This document shows, piece by piece, positions 10,346 through 18,733 of a stretch of DNA of 64,000 nucleotides. Source of the DNA: Deltaproteobacteria bacterium (lineage in GTDB: Bacteria > Myxococcota > Kuafuiibacteriia > Kuafuiibacteriales > Kuafuiibacteriaceae). The stretch spans positions 96,001-160,000 of the forward strand of contig JAVJQW010000046.1 in the NCBI GenBank assembly GCA_040218735.1, in the 5' to 3' direction. Within the stretch, counting starts at the first letter, position 1. The number at the start of each line of letters is the position of its first letter. Below the pieces are notes generated by a model that saw only the letters and a program-made list of their open reading frames with translations, was not told where the DNA came from and ran no database searches. Position numbers and translations under genes: made by a program.

Positions 10346-10547
10346 ACACGCCGAGCCCTTCGAGCAGGCCGCGCAGCTCCTTCATCGCTTGGTCGAGCTG
10401 CTCCATCCGATCCGCGTTCCGCACCGCCGCCATCGCGATGTCCTCGCCGCAGTGCGGGCACGCGACCTCCTCCGGTTTCACGAAGCTCTTGCACGCGTGG
10501 CACAGCGCGAGCTGCGGCGGGACTCGGCCTTTCGCTCGGTTCGTCAC
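10311..10547 (-). CDS. Small zinc-ribbon protein (CHAC...CPHC) translationally coupled to the radical SAM gene
   Basis: GTG 10547 overlaps the rSAM TGA (GTGA); MTNRAKGRVPPQLALCHACKSFVKPEEVACPHCG followed by a helix. Confidence 0.7.
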   Translation of the reverse strand: MTNRAKGRVPPQLALCHACKSFVKPEEVACPHCGEDIAMAAVRNADRMEQLDQAMKELRGLLEGLGVSTSASGGPTGA

Positions 10548-11803
10548 GCGAGCACCACCAGTCGGGGGTGTCCGACCTGCGTGTGGCGCGGCTCGGCGGC
10601 GATGCGCTTCACTTCGGCGCCGTCGTCGATGCGTTCCTCGATCAGCTCGAAGCCGCCGTAGTCGAACGGCTGGCCGGGCGCCGCGCGCACCTTGACGATG
10701 CGCTCGCGGAGGCCCTCTTCGGCGAGCTTGAGCGCGCGGTAGTGGCAGTACGGGTTGTTGCCGCTGCGACCGAACAGCGTGTGCGTCGTCCACGTGCAGC
10801 CCGCGCGGCAGACGTCGGCGTAGTAGCAACCTTGGCAGCGCCCCCACAGGTCCGCCGTGGTGCGCGTGCGGTTGAACGCGAGGGCGTCGGCGTCGTTCCA
10901 GATGTCTTCGAGGCTCAGGTCGCGGATGTTGCCGCCCGAGAACGGCGTAGTCGGGAGCGACGGGCAGCCCTTGATCGTGCCGTCCGCCTCGATGCCGAGG
11001 GTGTTGAGCCCCGCGTTGCAGCCCTTGAAGTGGCTGAACTCACTCCGCCCGCGCCACGCGTGTTCGTAGGGGCCGAAGTAACCGATGTTGTTGCCGGGGA
11101 TGAGGTCGATGCCGTGGACCTTCGCCTTCTCCCAGAGCTCGAACAGCACCGGATAGATCTCGAGCAGCTCGTACGGCTGCACCAGGAGCGCGTCGTTGTC
11201 CGCGGCGCGGCCCATCGCGACGGTGAGTTGGATCTGCCAGGTCGCGATCCCGATCTCGATGAAACGATCGAGCATCGCCGGGAGCTCGCCGAGGATCGAG
11301 CTGTGGATCTGCGTGTTGACGCTCAGCTCCATGCCGTAGCGCTTGCACGTCTCGAGCGCGGTGATCGCCTTGTCGAACGAGCCCGGTACGCCGCGGATCG
11401 CGTCGTGTGTCTCGGCGAGCCCGTCGATCGAAACGCCGATGACGCGCAGCCCCGCCTCCGCCGCTTCGGCGACGCGTTTCTCGGTGAGGTTGCGCGCGCC
11501 GGTCTGAACGCCCGGCAGCATCCCCGCGTCCGCGACGGCGCGGATGAGCGTCGTCCAGTCCTTGCGGAGGTACGCTTCGCCGCCGATCAGCGTGACCTCA
11601 CGGCAGCCGAGCGCCGCGAGCTGCGTGACGACGTCGAGGCACTCCGCAGTGGACAGCTCGTCGGGGCGTCGGCGCGCGGCGCGCGACCCGCAGTGGTTGC
11701 ACTCCAGGTCGCACGCGAGCGTGATCTCCCAGACCGCGTGGGCGGGGAAGGGCGACGTCCAGTCGTCCTCCGTCAGCCTTCGGCCCGAGTCGATCGTCGC
11801 CAT
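10544..11803 (-). CDS. Radical SAM/SPASM peptide maturase, Y_X(10)_GDL-associated / splicease (PlpX)-like
   Basis: AVWEITLACDLECNHC (CX3CX2C), IGGEAYLR, SPASM cysteines GCNAG...KGCPSL...CQGCYYADVCRAGC...NNPYC, C-terminal APGQPFDYGGFEL. Confidence 0.9.
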   Translation of the reverse strand: MATIDSGRRLTEDDWTSPFPAHAVWEITLACDLECNHCGSRAARRRPDELSTAECLDVVTQLAALGCREVTLIGGEAYLRKDWTTLIRAVADAGMLPGVQTGARNLTEKRVAEAAEAGLRVIGVSIDGLAETHDAIRGVPGSFDKAITALETCKRYGMELSVNTQIHSSILGELPAMLDRFIEIGIATWQIQLTVAMGRAADNDALLVQPYELLEIYPVLFELWEKAKVHGIDLIPGNNIGYFGPYEHAWRGRSEFSHFKGCNAGLNTLGIEADGTIKGCPSLPTTPFSGGNIRDLSLEDIWNDADALAFNRTRTTADLWGRCQGCYYADVCRAGCTWTTHTLFGRSGNNPYCHYRALKLAEEGLRERIVKVRAAPGQPFDYGGFELIEERIDDGAEVKRIAAEPRHTQVGHPRLVVLA

Positions 11804-11805
11804 CG

Positions 11806-12429
11806 TCAGTTCCCTTGGATCGCCGCGTTGAGATCCTTGAGCGCTTCCATCGAAGCCGTCACGCCCTGCGGGGTCTCCGTCGAGCCACGCATGACGTTGG
11901 AGGCGCTCGCCGTCGCGAACACCGCAGCGCCGCGGCGCGGTGCGGCCGCGATGCCCGTGCCGTCGGTCGACGTCGTCGCCACAGAGGCGACCGGCGTCAG
12001 CGTGTCGGCCGCGTGCGCGGAGAGCATGCGCGCCATCGCGAGCTTCTCGGGGTTGCTCGGATCAGCGCGGACCTCTTCGGCGGCGCGACGAATCGCCACC
12101 GCGTACAGCGCCACGATCTCGTCGCCCGGGCGCGTGTCGGGGAGCGCGCCCATCATGCGGAGGAACGTCGCGCGCGCGGCCGGCTCCATCGCCTTGCCGC
12201 CGAGCAGCTTCGCGAGGCCTTCGCGGGCCTCCTTCGCGTAGGTCGTGGGCCCGCCGTCCATCGCGCGCGCGGTCGCCGGGTCGGCGTCGAACGCGGCCTT
12301 GATCGCGTTCATCTCCTGCCAGGTGATCTGCCGGCCGCCGAGGCTGCCGGAGTCGGCGAAGGCGTCGACTTGGATCTTCGCGGCGGCGAGGAGCTGTTGG
12401 GTGGTGTTGGGCGTCTTTCCGATGGCCAT
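11806..12429 (-). CDS. Hypothetical Ala-rich protein, candidate substrate of the radical SAM enzyme
   Basis: GGAG RBS upstream, stops 2 nt before the rSAM start, contains IVALYAVAI. Confidence 0.7.
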   Translation of the reverse strand: MAIGKTPNTTQQLLAAAKIQVDAFADSGSLGGRQITWQEMNAIKAAFDADPATARAMDGGPTTYAKEAREGLAKLLGGKAMEPAARATFLRMMGALPDTRPGDEIVALYAVAIRRAAEEVRADPSNPEKLAMARMLSAHAADTLTPVASVATTSTDGTGIAAAPRRGAAVFATASASNVMRGSTETPQGVTASMEALKDLNAAIQGN

Positions 12430-12586
12430 GGAGGTTCTCCGAGTGCGTTTCTAGCGGGCGGGGTGTGGGTGCATGACGGCCCGTGTAGTTGTTATCGGAA
12501 GCTCGTTTGCCCTGTTGCTCGGATCTCGCACCCGAATCCGACGCCGCGATCGGGCCTTTGTCCCGACCGGCGCGTGCCCTCGAGGA

Positions 12587-13237
12587 CTACAGCTGGGTCA
12601 TCGCGTACGCGTAGAGCTTGTACGCTTGGGTGCCGGGGTCGTTGTACGGGACCCCGAGCGTCGCGCAGAGGCGGCGATCGTAGAGCAGGTCGACGACCTT
12701 CTCGTGGATCTGGTGCTGCTGCGCCTGCGTGAGCGTCTCCCACTGCGCCGCGACCTGTGCCTCCGAGAGCACGGGCGTCGTGAGGTCCTCGGCGGTGACG
12801 GTCTGGGCCACCCAGGGGCGCGCGGCGGGTCGAAGCTCGACGTTTGCGCGCGGATCGTTCGTGCGGAGGAGCCGCGCGAGGTCACACGCCTTCGCGAGCG
12901 TCGTCAGGAGCTCGGCGGGAGACCACGGCTTGCCGACGAAACGAAACACCTGCGTCTCGTTGATCGCACGAATGACGGTCGAGCGCCGCGGGTCGCCGGT
13001 CAGCAGAATGGTGACGACGCTCGGGTGCCGCTCCGCGATCCACGCGAGCAGGTCGAGCCCGGTCGACCCCGGCATGAGGTGGTCGGCGACGACGACGTCG
13101 ATGCGCGTGGAGTCGAGGAGCGTCTGCGCGTCGTTGACGCACTCGACCGGATAGACGCGCGCGCCCAACTTCTTCACGACGCGCGAGAGCGTTCGAAGCT
13201 CGGCGCGGTCGTCGTCGACCAACAGCACGTGATCCAC
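12587..13237 (-). CDS. Response regulator receiver protein with uncharacterised C-terminus
   Basis: VLLVDDD, VVADHLMPG, LLTG, FVGKPW; GTG 13237 is the likely start. Confidence 0.85.
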   Translation of the reverse strand: MDHVLLVDDDRAELRTLSRVVKKLGARVYPVECVNDAQTLLDSTRIDVVVADHLMPGSTGLDLLAWIAERHPSVVTILLTGDPRRSTVIRAINETQVFRFVGKPWSPAELLTTLAKACDLARLLRTNDPRANVELRPAARPWVAQTVTAEDLTTPVLSEAQVAAQWETLTQAQQHQIHEKVVDLLYDRRLCATLGVPYNDPGTQAYKLYAYAMTQL

Positions 13238-13367
13238 CGGCGGTTCCCCTCTCCCCGGAATAACACGAGGGACCGAGTGTGGGTTGCACCGAGTTGAGAT
13301 TAACTTCACGTCGCGCTTGGAGAACGCCCGGACGTTCGGACAGGTCTGCGGCGGCGCGCCGGCCCGG

Positions 13368-13799
13368 TCACCACTCGCCGACGTTGGGCATCGACGCCCA
13401 CGGCTCTTGCACGGGGCGCGCTTCTCCGCGCTGCAACAGTTCGATCGAGATCAGATCCGGTGAGCGGATGAAAGCCATCCGGCCGTCGCGCGGCGGGCGG
13501 TTGATCGTGACCCCCGCGTCCAGCAGGCGCTGGCACAGCGCGTAGATGTCGTCGACTTCGTACGCGAGGTGACCGAAGTTCCGGCCGACGGTGTACGCCT
13601 CCTCCTGGTCCCAGTTGTAGGTGAGCTCGACGTGGGGGGCGTCGGCGTCCTTGGCGCGGGTCGTGGCGAGGAAGACGAGCGTGAAGCGCCCCTTCTCGGA
13701 GTCGCGGCGTCGCACCTCGTGCATGCCGAGTTTGTTCACGAAGAAGTCGAGCGCGGCGTCCAGGTCGCGGACGCGGATCATCGTGTGGAGGTATCGCAT
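13368..13799 (-). CDS. gloA: Lactoylglutathione lyase / VOC family protein
   Basis: [43 protein letters not shown]...IELL. Confidence 0.9.
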   Translation of the reverse strand: MRYLHTMIRVRDLDAALDFFVNKLGMHEVRRRDSEKGRFTLVFLATTRAKDADAPHVELTYNWDQEEAYTVGRNFGHLAYEVDDIYALCQRLLDAGVTINRPPRDGRMAFIRSPDLISIELLQRGEARPVQEPWASMPNVGEW

Positions 13800-13843
13800 C
13801 GCGGACGAGCGTGCGCACAGGGGACGCCTGAAGGCGAGCGCGC

Positions 13844-13849
13844 TACAAT
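13844..13849 (+). promoter_or_regulatory. Putative sigma70 -10 element (TACAAT) for a leaderless selenoprotein transcript
   Basis: TACAAT ends 8 nt before ATG 13858; no Shine-Dalgarno visible. Confidence 0.45.
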
Positions 13850-13857
13850 GAACGTCG

Positions 13858-14181
13858 ATGGAGCCGATCACGCGAGGCCCGCTGACCGACATGAAGCGTC
13901 TGCACGCGAAGCTCGACGTGCACGGGATCGCCGCGGAGATCTTGCGCCCGATCGACTGCAACCTCGGCGCTTGAAACGCGACATTCGTGCTCGCGGTCGC
14001 GAGCCAAGACATCGAAGCCACCCGCCGGCTCCTCGACGACGCGTGGCGTGACTCCCTCGACGCCGAGCACCCCGACGTGGTCGTCGACTTCGACCAGGCC
14101 GAGATGACCTGCCCGGCGTGCCTCACCAAGTTCGCGACGGGCCCGCGCGAGTGTCCGGACTGCGGGCTGTTCCTCGGCTGA
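13858..14181 (+). CDS. Putative selenoprotein (CxxxxU) with C-terminal zinc ribbon, 107 aa
   Basis: ATG 13858 is in frame with track ORF 13987..14181 across a single TGA at 13972-13974; SECIS-like hairpin follows; ends TCPAC...[10 protein letters not shown]. Confidence 0.78.
13975..14004 (+). promoter_or_regulatory. Bacterial SECIS-like element
   Basis: Stem GCTCGC (13989-13994) / GCGAGC (13999-14004) with loop GGTC starting 20 nt after the UGA. Confidence 0.7.
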
Positions 14182-14721
14182 TCAGTTCTCGACGAGCGGC
14201 CCCTCGACCTCGACGCGGAACGCATCCTCGGGGATCTCGAGCGCGAGGAGGTTCGACTCGACGCAGGCCTTCGCGTCTTCGCTCACCACGCCGTAGTGGA
14301 CGACGCCGGTGAAGTGATCGATGCCGAGCGTCTGCATGTCCTCGATGACGAACACACCCCTGGAGCGGAGCTCGTACCGCCACAGCTGGGCGAAGTCATA
14401 CGTGGTCTTTTGCGGCGTCGCTGGATTGTTGCGCCAGGGGCGCTCGCCGTAGATCTCCACGAGCGCGTCGCGCGCCTGGTCGGCGAGGGCCTGGCTCGGC
14501 TCGACGAGCAGCACCGCGAGGTGCACCTGATCCCGCATGACGTAGGTGCCGCCGAACCCCGGGACGGTCTCGACGAGCGCCGCGAGCGCGCGTTGGTCTT
14601 CGAAGCCGGGGCCGGTCGGGAACGTCTCGGCCGCCGCCGCGACCGTCGGGCACACGAAGGGCTCCGGGGCACATCCCCAGGCGAACGCGACGAGGGCCAA
14701 CGCGAGCGTCCAGCGCATCAT
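14182..14721 (-). CDS. Hypothetical lipoprotein
   Basis: [17 protein letters not shown] lipobox; VPGFGG motif. Confidence 0.65.
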   Translation of the reverse strand: MMRWTLALALVAFAWGCAPEPFVCPTVAAAAETFPTGPGFEDQRALAALVETVPGFGGTYVMRDQVHLAVLLVEPSQALADQARDALVEIYGERPWRNNPATPQKTTYDFAQLWRYELRSRGVFVIEDMQTLGIDHFTGVVHYGVVSEDAKACVESNLLALEIPEDAFRVEVEGPLVEN

Positions 14722-14809
14722 GGACCGTCGTACAACAGACGCCCCCGCATTGGCGACGAAGGGAAGTCGCCCCGTGGCGGGACCTGTTGGACACTCCCGA
14801 AATCGCCCC

Positions 14810-16585
14810 ATGTACGAAGAAGAAGACGAAGAAACCTACGAAGGCTTGAGCTGGTCGCGCCGCACCTTCATGCAGGCGACCGTCGCGGCTTCCGTGCTCG
14901 CCGCGAGCCGCGCCGCGCTCGCGAAGAAGACCGCCGGCACCGCCGCCGCGTACATCGCGGGGCAGCTCGCTCGCCACGGCGCGACGACGCTCTTCGGTGT
15001 CCCCGGCGCGACCTGTGATCCGCTCTTCGAGGCGTGCCACGGCAACCCGAAGATGTCGCTCGCGATCACCAGCAGCGATCTCGAAGCGGGCTACGCGGCC
15101 GACGGCTTCGCACGGATGCGCGGACTCAGCGCGCTGTCGGTGACCTACGGCGTGGGGACGATGAGCCTGATGTCCGTCGTCGCGGGGGCGTACGCCGAGC
15201 GGAGCCCGATCGTCGTCTTCAACGGCGGCCCGCACGGCACCGACCTGAGGCTGCAACGCGACTTCGACACGTACTTCTCACACTCCACGGGGCACGCGAG
15301 CAGCGACCTCGAGATGTTCCGCCGTATCACCGCGTACGCGAAGCGCGCGGAGCGGGCGAAGGACGTCCCGCGGGTCGTTGACGAAGCGATCCGCGTGGCG
15401 CTGCAGCAGCGACGCCCGGTCTACGTCGAGATCCCCAAGAGCCTGTGGACCGCGCGGGTGAGCGCGACGGGCGACACGATCGACGGGCGCGTCGCGGCGA
15501 GCGGGAAGGAGGCACAGGTCGCGGAGCGGATCGTCGACGTCCTCGCGAAGGCGAAGCGCCCCGCGCTGCTCCTGGGGGTCGAGCTCGAACGCTACGGGCT
15601 GCACGCGGAGGCGAAGCGCCTCGTCGAGCACCTCGGCGTCCCGTACGCGACGACGATGCTCGCGAAGACGGTCCTCGCCGAGGGGGCGCCGCTGTTCGCG
15701 GGGGTGTACGTCGGCGGTCGATCCGTCCCGGCGATGCGGAAGTTCCTCGAAGGCGCCGATGCCGTCCTCGCGCTGGGCTGTGTGTTCGGCCGGCAGTACC
15801 GGACCGTCGCGACGAAGTCCTCGAACCTGGTCGCGGTGTCGAACGGACGCGCGCGGTTCGGGCTCGGCAAGAAGGCGAGTGAGACGCCGGTGGCGCTCGA
15901 CGCGTTGATCGATGCGCTCCTCGCGAAACGGTTCAGCAAGAACGCTGCGCACGCGGCGACGAACCCACGTCGCGGTCGTTCGTTCGACGAGCGACGCGCC
16001 TCGCTGTCGAAGCGCGCGGCGGAGGGGCCCCTGACTTACGACGGTCTCCTGAAGACGGTGTCGGATCGGCTGCGCCCGGAGCACGTCGTCCTCACCGACA
16101 CGAGCCTGATGATGTACCCGGCGGGGGATCTCGACGTTCGCGGTCGCGGCGCATTCGTCTGCAACGGCGTGTGGCAGGCGATCGGCTTTTCGGCGGGAGC
16201 GGCGGCCGGCGTGGCGATCGCGGCGCCCGACAAGAAGCCGATCGTGATCTGCGGGGACGGCGGCTTCCAGATGACGGCGCAGGCGTTGTCGACGATCGCG
16301 AAGATGAAGCTCCCGGTCACGGTCATCGTCGTGAACAACGGGCACTACGGCATCGAGCAGTTCCTCCTCGACCGCAACTACTTCGACGCGGGGAAGGGCG
16401 GCATCCCGTACCTCGATCTCAACGACTGGGACTACGTCGGTTTCGCGCGCGCGCTGGGGATCACCAACGCCAAGGCGGTCACCACGACGGAGCAGCTCGC
16501 GGCGGCGCTGTCGGGCGACGGTCCCGCGTTCATCGACGCGAAGATCGCGCGGAGTGATCTCCCCGCGCAGCTGAGGAAGGCCTGA
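14810..16585 (+). CDS. ThDP-dependent enzyme (pyruvate/indolepyruvate decarboxylase-like) with Tat signal
   Basis: SRRTFM twin-arginine motif; AGYAADGFAR, TYGVG, AGAYAER; ThDP motif GDGGFQMT...NNGHYGIE. Confidence 0.88.
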   Translation: MYEEEDEETYEGLSWSRRTFMQATVAASVLAASRAALAKKTAGTAAAYIAGQLARHGATTLFGVPGATCDPLFEACHGNPKMSLAITSSDLEAGYAADGFARMRGLSALSVTYGVGTMSLMSVVAGAYAERSPIVVFNGGPHGTDLRLQRDFDTYFSHSTGHASSDLEMFRRITAYAKRAERAKDVPRVVDEAIRVALQQRRPVYVEIPKSLWTARVSATGDTIDGRVAASGKEAQVAERIVDVLAKAKRPALLLGVELERYGLHAEAKRLVEHLGVPYATTMLAKTVLAEGAPLFAGVYVGGRSVPAMRKFLEGADAVLALGCVFGRQYRTVATKSSNLVAVSNGRARFGLGKKASETPVALDALIDALLAKRFSKNAAHAATNPRRGRSFDERRASLSKRAAEGPLTYDGLLKTVSDRLRPEHVVLTDTSLMMYPAGDLDVRGRGAFVCNGVWQAIGFSAGAAAGVAIAAPDKKPIVICGDGGFQMTAQALSTIAKMKLPVTVIVVNNGHYGIEQFLLDRNYFDAGKGGIPYLDLNDWDYVGFARALGITNAKAVTTTEQLAAALSGDGPAFIDAKIARSDLPAQLRKA

Positions 16586-17763
16586 TGATCACCCGACGCC
16601 AGCTCCTGATCGCCGGCGCGACGATGCCGTTCGCGCCCGACGCTCTCGCGAAGCCGAAGAACCTCCGCGGCGGTGAGATCCTCCCGGATCCTACGTTCGC
16701 GAAACCGAAGGACTACCTGGTCGGCGTGCGCCCTTACCGCAAGACGGGTGTGCGGCTCGAGCGCGTCGACGCTCCGCTGAAAGGCGCGAACGGCGACATT
16801 CACCTCGTGCACAACTACGGCCACGGCGGCGCGGGTGTGACGTTGAGTTGGGGGTGCGCGAGCGTCGTCGTCGATCACGTCGACGCCATTCGTCAGAAGC
16901 TCAACGTGGAAGCGCCCCCCGCGATCGCGGTGCTGGGCACCGGCATCATCGGGCTGACGACGGCGACGGAGCTGCGGCGCCGGTGGCCGAAGGTGCCGAT
17001 CACGATCTATGCGAAGAGCCTCGACCTGAAGCGCACGGTGTCCTGGGTCGCGGGCGGGCAGTTCGAGCCGTCCGGGATGCACCGGCTCTACAAGGGGCGC
17101 GAGCGTCGCAAGGAGCTGCACGACCTCGTGCGGCGCTCCGCGAAGCGTGTCATCGAGCTGCAGAACTCGGGGAAGCGGCACGACTACGGCGTCGCGGTGC
17201 GGAAGAACTACGCGCTCGATCGGAAGCTCGCGGCGTTCGAGGTCGGGATGCCGCGAGACGTCGTCGCGAAGCCCCGCCGCGGGAACCTCCCGTTCGCGAA
17301 CCTGAACATCCGCGGCCGCGAGTATCAGACCTGGCTGATGACGCCGATGATCCTGATGCCGAAGCTCGTCGAGGATCTGAAGGCGTCCGGCGTGAAGTTC
17401 GTCGAGCGATCGTTTTCGACCCCGGCCGACGTCGCCAAGCTCTCCGAGTCGGTCGTCGTCAACTGCACGGGGCTCGGCTCACGCGAGCTCTTCAGCGACG
17501 GCGCGCTCATCCCGCAGCGTGGTCACAACGTGCTGCTCGAGAAGACCGACCCCAAGCAGTTCTACTTCTTCAGCGGCGGCTGCGAGAACTGGGTCATCGC
17601 GTACGTCTTCTGTCGTCAGAACGACGTCGTGGTGGGCGGCACGATCCAGAAGGGTCGCGACGACGTGAAGATCACGCCGGAGGACAAGAAGGTCTTCGCG
17701 CAGCTCCTCACCAACGGACGCGCGCTGTTCGACGGCAAGGTCTCCGCCTGCGTCCGTCCTTGA
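16585..17763 (+). CDS. D-amino-acid oxidase-like FAD oxidoreductase, circularly permuted, with Tat signal
   Basis: TRRQLL Tat motif; GVRPYR...VRLE and HNYGHGGAGVTLSWG precede the IAVLGTGIIG Rossmann motif; VVVNCTGLG; start overlaps the upstream stop (TGATG). Confidence 0.88.
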   Translation: MITRRQLLIAGATMPFAPDALAKPKNLRGGEILPDPTFAKPKDYLVGVRPYRKTGVRLERVDAPLKGANGDIHLVHNYGHGGAGVTLSWGCASVVVDHVDAIRQKLNVEAPPAIAVLGTGIIGLTTATELRRRWPKVPITIYAKSLDLKRTVSWVAGGQFEPSGMHRLYKGRERRKELHDLVRRSAKRVIELQNSGKRHDYGVAVRKNYALDRKLAAFEVGMPRDVVAKPRRGNLPFANLNIRGREYQTWLMTPMILMPKLVEDLKASGVKFVERSFSTPADVAKLSESVVVNCTGLGSRELFSDGALIPQRGHNVLLEKTDPKQFYFFSGGCENWVIAYVFCRQNDVVVGGTIQKGRDDVKITPEDKKVFAQLLTNGRALFDGKVSACVRP

Positions 17764-17842
17764 AGGACTGCACGCCAGGACTGACCGGCTGCACGCACGG
17801 ACAGGTGGCGTCCTCCGGGGCGCCGACTTAAGCTCCGCCGTC

Positions 17843-18708
17843 ATGCGTTCTCCGTACTTCGCGCTCCTCGCTCTCTCGCTCCTCACCACGCGCGCCGCCC
17901 TCGCGGAGACGCCGCCCGCCGACGTCGCCGCCGCGGGTGAAGAAGATCCGCTCGCGCAGTTCGCGTGGCAGATGGAGGGCCAAGGCAAGCTCGGCACCCG
18001 TGCCACACTCGAGATCCCGCAGGGGTTCCGATTCCTCGAAGCCGCCGAGGCGTCGCGGCTCGTCGAGGCGATGGGCAACCTCACCTCGCGCAAGGAGGTC
18101 GGCTGATCGCGACGCACGACCTCGAGTGGTTCGTCGTCTTCTTCTTCGACGACGTCGGCTACGTGAAGGACGACGAAAAGGACGAGCTCGACGCCGACGA
18201 CATGGCGGAGTCGATGGCCGAGAACCTCCAGTACTCGAACGAAGAGCGCCGCGACCGCGGGCTCGAGGAGCTGTCCTTCGACGGCTGGGCGATCCCGCCT
18301 CGTTACAACGAGACCTCGAACCGCCTGGAGTGGGCGCACCGCCTGCGTTCGGCGACCGGCGTGAGCGTCAACTACAACACCCGCGTCCTCGGCCGGCACG
18401 GCGTCATGCGCGTCATCCTCGTCACCGACCCCGAGCTGCTGGAGGCAACGCTCCCGCAGTACAACAGCTTGATGTCCGGCTTCGACTTCACGAACGGCGA
18501 GCGCTATGCGGAGTACCGGGCCGGCGACAAGATCGCCGAGTACGGCCTCATCGCGCTCGTCGCGGGCGGTGGCGCCGCGGTCGCCGCGAAGACCGGGCTG
18601 CTGACCGCGCTCGTCGCGTTCTTCAAGAAGGGCGCGAAGCTCATCATCGTCGGGCTCGCCGCCGTGGCGGCCTTCGTGAAGAAGCTGTTCTCGGGGCGCC
18701 GGGACTGA
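17843..18708 (+). pseudogene. DUF2167-like membrane-anchored protein split by an apparent 1-nt deletion near 18102
   Basis: Track ORF 17843..18106 continues in the frame of 17965..18708 (GYVKDDE, GWAIPPRY, VNYNTRVLGRHG, GDKIAEYGL); GGCTGATC reads as GG[G]CTGATC. Confidence 0.8.
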
Positions 18709-18733
18709 CATCGTCGGCGCCGACGCGACCCGC

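Noticed and set aside
12587-12620. KLYAYAM at the response regulator C-terminus as a second splicease site
   Set aside because: The gene is separated from the operon by about 160 nt and the match is too short to distinguish from chance.
18104-18106. TGA in the DUF2167-like gene as a second selenocysteine codon
   Set aside because: The downstream homologous sequence is in a different frame, so this is a frameshift rather than read-through.
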